From Octopus sinensis (lineage: Eukaryota): 64,000 nt of DNA. The notes under the pieces were generated by a model. It worked only from the letters and a program-made list of their open reading frames with translations. It searched no databases and had not been told where the DNA came from. Positions 12,847-23,984 of this stretch are shown here, one piece after another (position 1 is the first letter of the stretch; every line of letters begins with the position of its first letter). The stretch lies in NCBI RefSeq assembly GCF_006345805.1, contig NC_043003.1, positions 65,348,001-65,412,000 on the forward strand, read 5' to 3'. The position numbers and the translations under genes are program-made.

Positions 12847-13007
12847 CCTATCTATCTATCTTCTATCTATCTATCTGTTTATATATATGTGTATGTGTAA
12901 ATATATATATATTGTATGTATATATATATATATATATAGATATATATATATATATATGTATGTATATATATATATATATATATATCATATATATATATGT
13001 ATGTATG

Positions 13008-13040
<33 letters not shown>

Positions 13041-13221
13041 ATATATATATATATATATGTATGTATATATATATATATATATAGTATTATGTATATATAT
13101 ATATTATGTATGTGTATATATATATATATAATATTATGTAGTATGTATGTATATATATAATATATATTATATGGTATGTATGTATGTATATATATATATA
13201 TATATGTATGATGTATGTATG

Positions 13222-13253
<32 letters not shown>

Positions 13254-13367
13254 TATGTTAATAATATATGTATGTATGTATGTATATATTATATATATAT
13301 ATGTTTTTTTTATTTATATATATTATATGTATGTATGTATGTATATATATATATATAGTATATATAT

Positions 13368-13402
<35 letters not shown>

Positions 13403-13556
13403 GTATAGATATATATATATATATTATATAATATATATTATATATATATATGTATGTATGTATATATATATATATAATATATATATATATAATATATGTA
13501 TATATATATATATATATTATATTATATATATATATTATATATATATATATTATTAT
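12813..13556. repeat. (TATC)n followed by a long degenerate (TA)n/(TATG)n array
   Basis: Direct reading; the YI/MYV ORFs are artefacts. Confidence 0.95.
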
Positions 13557-13565
13557 ATAGAAGGA

Positions 13566-13614
13566 GCTTCTACAGTGACTATAACTGTTTCATTCAAGAG
13601 AAATCTTCAGGAAG
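13566..13614 (-). ncRNA. Type I hammerhead ribozyme motif (left arm of palindrome)
   Basis: CTTC-CTGAAGA-TTTCTCTTGAAT-GAAA-CAGT.TATAGTC.ACTG-TA-GAAG: stem I 4 bp, stem III 5 bp, GUA site. Confidence 0.65.
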
Positions 13615-13619
13615 AGAAT

Positions 13620-13667
13620 GCTTCCTGAAGATTTCTCTTGATGAAACAGTTCTAGTCCTGTAGAAGC
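13620..13667 (+). ncRNA. Type I hammerhead ribozyme motif (right arm of palindrome)
   Basis: GCTTC-CTGAAGA-TTTCTCTTGAT-GAAA-CAG.TTCTAGTC.CTG-TA-GAAGC; stem II weak. Confidence 0.6.
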
Positions 13668-13805
13668 TCCTTCTATATAATAAATAATTTTACTCTGCTA
13701 TGTATGAGTACCTTATTTACTGTGGTTAACCCCGAATCAACCCGGGACCTACATATATATATATATTATATATAATATATATATATATTATATATATATA
13801 TATAT

Positions 13806-13910
13806 ATAAATTAAGTGCCAGTTACGCACTGGGGTCGATATAATTGACTTAATCCGTTTGTCTGTCCTCGTTTGTCCCCTCTGTGTTTAGCCCCTTGTGG
13901 GTAGTAAAGA
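13806..13910 (+). mobile_element. SINE family B variant 3' fragment with a Tx1-like tail
   Basis: aaattaagtgccagttacgcactggggtcgat core; tail tttgtcccctctgtgtttagccccttgtgggtagtaaaga matches the LINE 3' end at 12769-12808. Confidence 0.8.
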
Positions 13911-14007
13911 TATATATATATATACACTTACAAATACATACACTCAGACACACACACTCATATATACATATATATACATATATATATACATATATATATA
14001 CACACAC

Positions 14008-14082
<75 letters not shown>

Positions 14083-14861
14083 CACATATATATATATATA
14101 TACACACATATATATATATAAATATATATACACACATATATATATATATAAATATATATACACATATATATATATATACATATATACACACGCGCTCACA
14201 TACACACACACACAACAATAAGTGCGTGCATCCGGTGCATATGAGCGAATGTGCGCATAATATACATGTGAAATACGCTGCCAAACAAAAAATATCAATA
14301 CCGAAATCGATATCAGTTTTGTCCCACACTTTACATTTCCACAGCTCGATTTATGAGCGCTGTTTGATCTATTCTAGGTGAAAACTTGTAAAAATTATCC
14401 CCAATTTCACTTTTTGCACCTATGTTCTCGCTCACGTAGGAGAATATACGTGCAAAATAAGATGGAGGAAATAGTCGCATAAATGCCAGAGGCAGAGCAA
14501 AATAACAATGTTTTAGTGAAGCTGAAAAACCTCATGAACTATTATTCAGAGTTTCATGTAGCAGATAATCGGACGAAAGTAGATTAGTAATAGCTTATAA
14601 ATGATTGTAAATGAAGAGCTTACTTTCAGAACCAGATAAATTCATCTGAATGACTTTTGGAGTAATTGTTTAAAACAACAACAAAACTCGAATATATCTG
14701 ATTTTGATTGGAAGGCTAAGATTGTCTATATATGGCATCTATTCCAGTTTGAGTGAAAAAAATTTTCACGTATGTGAAGCCAGCAGCTTGCAGATTGTGC
14801 TTTAATGGTTATCATGAAACTGACCAAATATGTACATATGCCGGTTTTGAAAGTAAGCTCC

Positions 14862-15495
14862 TCAAATTGTGTAGCAATAATTATGTTTTGTGAAGGCGCG
14901 TGGCATGATTGTTACGGTGTCGCGAATTACATTTACAATCGCAAGATCATGGCTTCCATTCCTGAACCGAGGCGTGTAATGTGTTTTTGAGTAAAACACT
15001 TCGTTTCTTGTTGCTCTTATCCATTCGGCTGTGAATGAGGAATCCTGCGACAGACAGGGTTGCTCATTTACATTCAGACGTACTTCCGCGATCGAACAGC
15101 CAAACTATGTGTCCTGGGACGTAAGACAGCAATGTCGAGGGGTCTCTGTTAAAAAATAATCATTCAGTAAATCATCAAAAGTGGAGGCGGTGGCTTAGTT
15201 GTTAGGGTGTTGAACTCATGATCGTAAGGTTGTAGTTTCGATTCCTGGACAGGGCGATGCGTTGTGTTCTTGAGCAAAGCACTTCATTTTCACGTTGCTC
15301 CAGTCCACTTAGCTGGCAAAATGAGTAATCCTTCGACGGACCGGCGATCCGTCTAAGTGGGGAATTTGTACGACAGTAAAACCGGAAAACCAGCCCTTAT
15401 AAGCCTGGCATGGCTTGAGAAGGAATATTTGAGGAAACAGGGAAACCGACCCTATGAGCCAGGCGTGGCTCGAGAAGGAACAAACGAACAAACAA
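14862..15495 (+). mobile_element. Two adjacent tRNA-derived SINEs, family D (14862-15150 old; 15181-15495)
   Basis: tggcttagttgttagggtg...gtttcgattcc A/B boxes; ttcttgagcaaagcacttcattttcacgttgctccagt body; duplicated 3' module. Confidence 0.75.
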
Positions 15496-15908
15496 AATCA
15501 TCAAAAGCATACTTAACGCTGTTTACAGATGAAGTGATGCTAAGTCATAATTAATGGAATCTTTTTAAAAATGCGATTGACCGTCGACAAAAGATAATAC
15601 AAACATTAAGAAGTAGTAAAAGAAGTTGAATAAATAAAAAAAAACCCAACTAATATTCTATTGTACAGAATCATTGTTATAATGTTTGCAGGAAAGGAAA
15701 AAAAAATCATTCGAAACTATACAAGCACACAATTCTATATACATATGTACATACACACGCGCACAAATAAATATTTATTTTATATGTTATATATTATACA
15801 GATATATTGATAGAGAGATACACATTCTTATGTATACATATATATGTATAGGTATTTATTTTGATGAAAGGTACATAAGTACTATACGTATGCACATAAG
15901 CGTATATG

Positions 15909-16024
<116 letters not shown>

Positions 16025-17068
16025 TATATTCATACATATATATATGCGTATATTCATACATACATACATATATATATGCATATATATCTGTGTGTGTATA
16101 TAAACACACACATATACGTACATACATATGCGCGTCTGTACATTTATATGGCCGTGAATGCGTGCGCACGCATGGAAGTGTAAATATCACTACAACCTTT
16201 CAATCCCTGGTGAATATCGGATCAACTGAAAGTGAATGCTTGTCAGTTAAAGCATTGTACGAAATGTACAGTAAATTGACTGACAGTATTTGATTATCTA
16301 CATTTAAATTGACGTGATGTTAGTCGACTACTGGTTTTTCAGTCAAATAGACTTCTTCTATAAGCTTCACAAAGTGTGAAATATACGCGTTTCTGAAAGT
16401 GGGCCACTAGATAATATCTCTTGAACTTTGCAAAGAATAAACGTTTCATTGCAAGATAAGAATGGTTTGGTTTTGCTGTTGTTCAGTAAGTTATGTATGT
16501 ATGTACATCCATATATGAATGCGTGTTTAGTAGTGGTTATGTGTATGTATATGTGTGTATGTATATGAATTCGCAGGTATGTATGCATTTAATGTATGTG
16601 TTTATTTCTCTGTTTATGTATTCGTACATTTATATAAACCCAACACTACGTGTCGTATTTTTAAAGAGAAATTCTAACTCAGCAAACAAATACCTACCTG
16701 TATATGTATATATTTCGGGGGACTTTTCACTTTTTGCTATTTGGTTGTGGAAGAAAGGATAAAAACATTGTAACCTTCACTGCCCCTCTTGGGCCAGTTA
16801 GATTGATATTTTTAAATATTCTCTTTGGTGAAAAAAGACATGGGTAAGGAGAACCTGATATTCATGGAATGTAGGCCTTGTAATCAGTGCAAGGCAGGGC
16901 GTGAATGGCCCTCTCTATGGTGATGAGAGTTATGCCTTCTATGTATGGTTTGCTGAGAGTTATGCCTTCTGATGTATGGTTTGCTAATTGTATAACCCCA
17001 GCAAATGTCAACAATTCATGTGCGCAGATATATATAAATATATAAATTTCTATAAATATATAAATTTC

Positions 17069-17113
<45 letters not shown>

Positions 17114-17139
17114 GTTGAAATTTAAAGAAAAACAAAGGA

Positions 17140-17265
17140 CGAAGACAGGTGTATGAACAACAAGCAGGTGTATTAGTATGACGCTCAGGAAAGTGAGAAA
17201 GTCTTTTACGTTTTGAGTCTACGCTCTTCAACAGGAAAGAATATGAGAAAATAAACACAGAGAGA
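17140..17265 (-). repeat. Dispersed repeat homologous to 61900-62065 (probable PLE terminal fragment)
   Basis: Reverse complement tgaagagcgtagactcaaaacgtaaaagactttctcac matches 61946-61985. Confidence 0.7.
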
Positions 17266-18238
17266 ATAAAAAAAAAAGACTTGTGGATTTAGTTATCAAG
17301 CATGGCGACTTACTGGGGAAAAAGTTTAATATATACATATATATACCTTCGTCATCCTGTCAGATTCTACTTGTGTGTGCTTGTATATATGTTTATATAT
17401 ATGTCTATATATATATATGTATATGTGTGTGTGTATATATATATATAATATATATATATATATATACATACACATGCACATACACACACTTATACACGCA
17501 TGCATACATACATAGACATATACTCATGTGTTTGACTATGTGTGTTCGATTATGCGTGTGTCATTTGAACAGTCTGTTAATTGAAGTTGTGATTGAGCTC
17601 ATGAAACTTCAGTCTCTATTTAAATACACTCGTACGTACACACATATACACATGTACACACATTGATGCATATACACATCATATCTGATTTATTGATATT
17701 TGCAATCTTTGAATTTCGCTATTCACATGCAAAGTATGTTATGTTTCTTGTATTTGTTATAAAGATATTGAAAAATTTGTCTCAGTCGAAATAATTCTTT
17801 GTAAATACGACAGAGTTATTGTTGGTGTAAGAATTATTCGTTCATATAAAGAACAACAAAATAACTAAGCAAATAACAATAGTACGGACTTTAATCTTTC
17901 TGACGAGTCTCTAATCAATAGACAGATGGAACAAGGCATTGTGTTTTTACTTCAGAGAAGAACCGCTTGAACAAAGCAACAACAAAAGATATCTCAAAGA
18001 ATGCATCAGTTCTGAACAAAACCAAAGAATTATAACAACAGCCCCCCACTGGAAGGAGAATGAAATTTGTGGAATTTCACCCTATTTCCATCTAATTGCA
18101 AGAAGGTTGTTACAAAACAAAGCATAAAGGATTTTTGTCTCTGAGACCCGACACGCATAAAAAGAACAGTTTTTAGAAGAATATGTGATTGTGCCTTCTG
18201 TATATGCCAAGTATTAGTGATGTATTCAGATTTAGTGA

Positions 18239-18281
<43 letters not shown>

Positions 18282-18435
18282 GGTGGGAGACGTTGGTGGG
18301 GAAGAGGTAAGGAAGAACGGTAGGAAAGAAGGAAGGAAGGAAACGGGGCAGAAATGGAATCGGAGGACGAAAGCAAGGGTTTGAAGGGAAAGACGAGAAT
18401 GTGAAAATAGAGAGAAGTCTTGGTCGGGCTGTAAC

Positions 18436-18616
18436 CTGTCAGGTTTGGGGATGAATGAAATGACGGCAGGGTGGAATAGTAAGAAAAAGGCACCGAAGTA
18501 ATTAGTTGCATGCATTGTTGTTATTTGGTGTTGCCAATATTGTCTTCTTGTTCCTTGTTGTAGATGATGATGATGATGATGATGCTGTTGTTGTTGTTGA
18601 TTCTGGTATCGTTGTG
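18436..18616 (-). CDS. Weak candidate exon encoding a polyQ/polyH segment
   Basis: Acceptor tctctaactctacgcacag| after a long pyrimidine tract; frame QRYQNQQQQQHHHHHHHLQQG...YFGAFFLLFHPAVISFIPKPD; donor gttaca is weak; may be UTR. Confidence 0.2.
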
Positions 18617-18629
18617 CTGTGCGTAGAGT

Positions 18630-19259
18630 TAGAGATGAAAATGAATAGAATATAAAATAGAATACCAAAGCAAGAAAAACAACAAAACAAAGACATATAA
18701 ATAAAAGCGAAGCAGGAAGAAAAATAAGAAATATGGAAAAAAAAAATAGAAGGAAAAAAAAGGGAAAATAAAAGGGAGAAAGGAAGGCAAAAAGTGTGGA
18801 GAAATATAAGACATATTAGAAAGAGGTAGAGGGAAGGGAGGGAGAGGGGGAGAGAGAGGGTAGAAAATGGGAGGGAGAGTAGAGGTAGGAGATAGTGGGA
18901 GGAAGGGTGAGTGAGAGTAAGAGAGAAAGAATGAGAGAGATTAAGAGCCAAAGAGAGAGAAAGACGTGTGAATGTGAGTGAGCGAGAGAGAGAGAGGGGG
19001 AGGGAAGGAGAAGGAGAGTAAAGGTAGGTGATAGTGGGAGGAAGAGGGAGTGAGAGTAAATGAGAAAGAATGAGAGAGATTGAGAGCCAAAGAGAGAGAA
19101 AGATGTGTGAATGCGAGTGAGTGAAAGGGAGAGAGAGAGAGGGAAGGAGAGAGAGAAAGGAAGAGAGGATGGAGTGAGAGTGTGAGAGAGAGAGAAAAAG
19201 GAGTAAGAGCGAGAGAGAAATAGAGAGAGCGAAAGAAAAAGGAGTGAGTGAAATGAAGC

Positions 19260-19291
<32 letters not shown>

Positions 19292-19320
19292 GAGTGAGAA
19301 AGAAAAATGGGGCTGTGAAA
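18630..19320. repeat. ~0.7 kb polypurine/polypyrimidine tract with internal ~110 bp duplication
   Basis: GA-rich on the + strand; gtaggagatagtgggag...gagccaaagagagagaaagacgtgtgaatg occurs at ~18883 and again at ~19024. Confidence 0.85.
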
Positions 19321-19780
19321 GAAGGGAAAAGCTTTAATTTCTTGTCTGAATGTCAGGGAACTCGGCTAAATTCTGATTGTAATATTTGTTGAAAGACATG
19401 GTGTAGTACGAGCGTAGCTTTATTGTTTTTCATTGACCAGTGTGTCTTGCTGAGAAATAATTGTGGTTGTATTAGCTAATGCGCTGGCTGCTGGCTGCTT
19501 GCTGGTTGTAAATCGTTGGTAGAGAGAGAGAAAGAGAGACATTCGGACACTAACAACAACAACAGCGAAAACAACCTGGTACAACAATGGAAAATACAAA
19601 ATACATATATAAAATAAAAAAAAAAGCAGAATAAGAATTATAAAGAAAATTAAAAAGCAAAAGAACTACCTCCCTATCCTAACATATACCCCTACCTCAA
19701 CACACTTCAACCGCTTATACTTAGAATAGCCTGACCGGACTTCGAATACAGTGTTGAAAAGAAGCCGAAGAATTGCTTAC

Positions 19781-19826
19781 GAGTCAAATCGTACATCTTG
19801 GCCTATTGTCAAATTAGGTTAGCGTT
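19781..19826 (-). other. Candidate 46-nt 5' exon with possible start codon (MYDLT)
   Basis: Strong acceptor ccttctttctctattag|, strong donor CTC|gtaagc; all frames closed before ATG at 19796; phase 1 matches the 18616 acceptor. Confidence 0.25.
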
Positions 19827-20475
19827 CTAATAGAGAAAGAAGGCAATGTAAAAAGGTGTTAGTAAGAGTTAATCTATATCTGTTTTATGTTGGCACAATT
19901 GATATGGAATCGGCATTGACAGAGTAGCAAAGTATGTATTTGGCAGGCCACTTATTCTGTCAACACATTCATCCATTTTCGACCTACGATTACCATGTAA
20001 CTATATTAGACAACGTTAAAAGAGTCATTGTAAGAAACTGAAAGGTCACAAATTGCTGCTTATCAGCAAGCAATATTTTAGTGTATGGATTATATGCAGA
20101 CGCATATACGAGCGACACAGACTGAGGAACGGATACAGACAGAAACGCTAAAAAACGTAAAACGCAAACACATATAAACACATTTACAGGCAGATACAAA
20201 TTCATGCACGCTTTTGTAAATGCATTTGCATACATGCATACGAACAAAGACACAAACACACACACACACACAAACGTGTACATGTTTATAAATACATGCA
20301 TATATGCATGTATGAGTAAGTACGGCTCTCTCTTTCTCTATATCTTTGTCTTTCTCTTTCTCCCTCTGTATACATATATAGATATATATATATCTATATA
20401 TATATGTAGAATATATATGCATATGTATTGGTCGAAACATATCTAAGTTTATATATGCATACATCTATATATATA

Positions 20476-20521
<46 letters not shown>

Positions 20522-20957
20522 GTAGAATATGAATGCATATGTATATATATACATACATACATACATACACACACACACATATATATGAATAATATTCTGT
20601 TATTCTTTTATTGCTTTCACCGAAATTATGCCCATGCTGGGGTACACGCGCACACACACACATAAGTGTGCAGGCATACACACACACACACAAGCATTTA
20701 TATGTACAAGCCTTCATATTAAGAAATACAGCGTGCTTGAGTGCCATTAATCCGTGCCTAAAAGACAACGCCGCCATCTCATTGTTTCTCTTTCAACACA
20801 AAGGGAAGAAACTCAAATTAGGTCATATGCCATACAAGGACAACTCCCTCACTCTTCCTTCTCTTCCCTCTATCTCTGTCTCCCTCAATCTGTCTGCCTA
20901 TCGCTCTCTCTCTCCATCCATCCTCTCTTTATATATACATATATGTATATATATATA

Positions 20958-21350
20958 TCAGGAGTGGCTGTGTGGTAAGTAGCTTGCCTACCAACCACAT
21001 GGTTCTAGGTTCAGTCCCACTGCGTGTCTTCTGCTATAGCCTCGGGCCGACCAAAGCCTTGTGAGTGGATTTGGTAGACGGAACTGAAAGAAGCCGGTCG
21101 TATATAGTATATATGTGATGTATGTGTGTGTATATGTTTGTGTGTCTGTGTTTGTCCCTCTAGCATTGCTTGACAACCGATGCTGGTGTTTTACGCCCCC
21201 GTCACTTAGCGGTTCGGCAAAAGAGACCGATAGAATAAGTACTGGGCTTACAAACAATAAGTCCCGGGGTCGATTTGCTCGACTAAAGGCGGTGCTCCAG
21301 CATGGCCGCAGTCAAATGACTGAAACAACTAAAAGAGTAAAAGAGTAAAG
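20958..21350 (+). mobile_element. SINE family A, full copy
   Basis: caggagtggctgtgtggtaagtagcttgcctaccaaccacatggttctaggttcagtcc head; internal TA/TG array; tail ggcggtgctccagcatggccgcagtcaaatgactgaaaca(agtaaaag)n. Confidence 0.9.
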
Positions 21351-21356
21351 AATATA

Positions 21357-21398
<42 letters not shown>

Positions 21399-21559
21399 TG
21401 TGCATGCATATATATATGTTATTGGATTGTAGTCATGCTGGAGCACCGGCGTGAAGGGTTTAGTCCAGCGATTCTCAACCATTCTTGAGAAATACTTTTA
21501 GGTTTTTATAATTAGGAATTGCATTAACGAAAAAAAGTGTTCAAGTAGTGTTTGTATTC

Positions 21560-21775
21560 TTCTATTCTTTCATTGGTTTCAGTCATTTCACTGCGGCCAT
21601 GATGGAGCACTGCCTTTAGTCGAACAAATCGACCCCCAGGACTTATTCTTTGCAAGCTTAGCACTTATTCTATCGGTCTCTTTAGCCGAACCGCTAGTTT
21701 ACGGGCACGCTGACACACCAACATCGGTTGTCAAGCGATGGTGGGGGACAAACACAGACACACAAACACATACAT
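21560..21775 (-). mobile_element. SINE family A, 3' half
   Basis: Reverse complement of the family A tail and body. Confidence 0.8.
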
Positions 21776-22078
21776 AATCTCCATGCTCTTCGTTGCACTC
21801 TTCCGGCAGTCCATAAGCTTGTTTATTCCATCGGAGTAGCAGGTTTTCGGCTGGTCCTGCACTTCTTACGTGTCGAATCGATGACATCGTAAAGGATATT
21901 TGAGCGGTCCAAACAAGTAATAGTCGGGAGCTGGCAATATCTGGACTCTATACAGTTTGTTGCAGCAACTCGAAACACAATTTTTCAATGCAGTGCTATA
22001 TTTAAGAGATGAGGAATTATGTACATTATTTACATTATTTACATTTGACAGATATTTGTCCGCATTTTTGTTGTTGTT

Positions 22079-22124
22079 AACACAACGTTTCGGCTGATAT
22101 ACCCTCCAGCCTTCATCAGGTGTC
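22079..22124 (-). ncRNA. Minimal type I hammerhead ribozyme (PLE type)
   Basis: GACAC-CTGATGA-A-GGCTG.GAGGGTATAT.CAGCC-GAAA-CG-TT-GTGTT: stem I 5 bp, stem II 5 bp, palindromic ACGT stem III. Confidence 0.8.
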
Positions 22125-22180
22125 TTGTGGAAATTTCGAACCTGGGTTCACATTCCTAGGGTATTTTTCGATGTTGTTGT

Positions 22181-22213
<33 letters not shown>

Positions 22214-22220
22214 TATTATT

Positions 22221-22398
22221 CAGTAATTTTATTTTTATAGCGTGCTTTCAGTTCACTACCGAGCGCAGCTCTGTGTGCCTTGGGTATGTGTTGTGATTTG
22301 TTGTGGTGCTCTGATGGCTACTGTATTGAACGTTTTTTGCGTAGGATGTGTGCAGTGCCCAGTAGTGCAAGTTTCTGTATGTTATATGTGTTTGTAAG
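22221..22398 (-). mobile_element. 3' fragment of an R4/Dong-like REL LINE inserted in (AAT)n
   Basis: Encodes LTNTYNIQKLALLGTAHILRKKRSIQ*, the typical C-terminus of this clade; (AAT)n on both sides. Confidence 0.75.
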
Positions 22399-23334
22399 TT
22401 ATTATTATTATTATTATTATTAATATTGTTGTTGTTGTTCAGGTCACTGCCTGGAATCGAACTCGGAATCTTGGGGTTAGTAGCCCGCACTCTTAACCAC
22501 TATGCCATTTGCCCAAGGCTGGTGGGTATATCAGCCGAAACGTTGTTTTAAATAACAAACAAGATGAGGACAAATCTCCGTCAATTTTAAATAACGTAAA
22601 TAATGTAAGTTTTTCAATGGTTTCAAAGGTGTGTGCTGCCGTATGTGGGCGTGCATTGTCATGTGACTGGAACATTTGCTTTAACAAAAGACTTCAACCT
22701 TTCAATTTCTAGTTTTAGTTTGTTGGCCAGCATCTTACTGTAGAATACGCTGGTGACTTTAGATCCATATTCCAGCTAATGTTCCAAATTAGGCCACTTT
22801 TCTTCCTCCAAAAGGTTAGTATAATTTTTTCTGCAAAATGTTGAGTCTGGCGATTCCAGGTGTTTCCATTTCATACTCTGTCTTTTAGATTCTGGCTCAA
22901 AGTGATTGACCTAGGTCTCATCTTCTGTTACTATTCTCTCAAAAAATTTCACCTTCATCGTTGTACCGCTCGAGAAAACGTTGGCAGATCTCTAGACGAT
23001 TGCGATTAAGCTGTTCGGTAAGCTCACTTGGCACAGAATTTATGATTTCGTACGCAGAACTGAATGTAATTTGCAGAGAACATACCATTTAAATGATGGT
23101 CACTCGTCAGTTCGCCAGAACAATCTCTCAAGCAGTGGTGGAGGTTGATGGATGCTCTGCTCCCTCTTCATACTTCACGGTTGTCCGGTAATTTTAAAAC
23201 GTCCCTATCCTTTCAATCACACTAAAGCGAGACCAGGCCATGTAGAATAAAGAAAACTGGAGCGATCAAGAAAAACCCACACGAGCTACATTTTTTACAT
23301 TATTTTCGAAAATTTTTAAAACCTAAGGATGTTA

Positions 23335-23935
23335 TTATTGTTGTTGTTCAGGTCACTGTTTAGAATCGAACTCAGAATCTTGAGGTTAGTATCCCACGCT
23401 CTTCACCACAACGCCATATGCCCGTGAGCAATTATGGAGTGAATATTAGGGCATATAAATCTAATACTTTTCTGTTCTTCCTTAATATTGGTTCCCATAT
23501 GCTGTTCATATCTGCACTCGGACTGCTTAGGAGGTTGTTGTGTCCTAACATATGTACTGCTTTCAGTTTTCGTATTTTCCAGTGGGTGTTCTCTGTCTAT
23601 TATTTTAACTTCATCCCACAGGGGGAGGTGGTCTCCATTTTTCCATGCATGATCAGCTATACCAGATTTATCGATATCTCCTCGTGTCACAGCTTTGCGA
23701 TGTTCGTCTACCCTTATTTTGAGGGGGTGGTATGTTTCGCCTTTGTATAACCTATCACAGCAGCATGAGAAGGTGTACACGCAGTCTTTGGTTTGGTCAC
23801 ATTCTCTTCCATTGGTGGTTTTACTCGAAGGAGATATTTGCGTTGTGTTAACAACAAATAAGATGAGGACAAATATCTATCAAATCTAAATAATGTAGAT
23901 AATGTACGTAATTCCTCATCTCTTAAATATAGAAC
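23335..23935 (-). mobile_element. Penelope-like element 3' fragment: GIY-YIG endonuclease relic, tRNA-like segment, and inverted terminal fragment at its 5' side
   Basis: YTFSCCCDRLYKGET..LKIRVDEHRKAV..KSGIADHAW..H.PLWDEVKIIDRE (23450-23780); tRNA-like 23347-23423; + strand terminal piece 23840-23935 homologous to 21995-22090. Confidence 0.85.
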
Positions 23936-23984
23936 AAATATATCATTTGTTGTAAATCGGGAGGGTCATTATGGAAATATTAAT

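Larger units (their letters stand above)
21991..22609 (-). mobile_element. Non-autonomous Penelope-type/SINE composite bounded by a 10-bp TSD (TTTTTCAATG)
   Basis: TSD at 21981-21990 and 22610-22619; inverted terminal fragment 22515-22609; tRNA-like head 22437-22514; (AAT)n; hammerhead-bearing tail 21991-22180. Confidence 0.85.
21775..23300 (-). pseudogene. Mariner transposase pseudogene (22610-23300 plus 21775-21990) split by a PLE-type insertion
   Basis: RIVTEDET*VNHFEPESKRQSMKWKH, HDNARPHTAAHTFETIEK; resumes after the insertion as IEKLCFELLQQ..SPDIA...DGINKL...EEHGDYV. Confidence 0.88.

Noticed and set aside
13692-13699. 8-mer matching the missing tRNA-iMet 5' end on the minus strand
   Set aside because: Expected by chance; no further tRNA sequence adjoins it.
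16925-16985. Short tandem duplications (31 bp here; 14 bp at ~5635; 31 bp at ~50370)
   Set aside because: Two-copy local slippage products; no CRISPR-like or other array structure.
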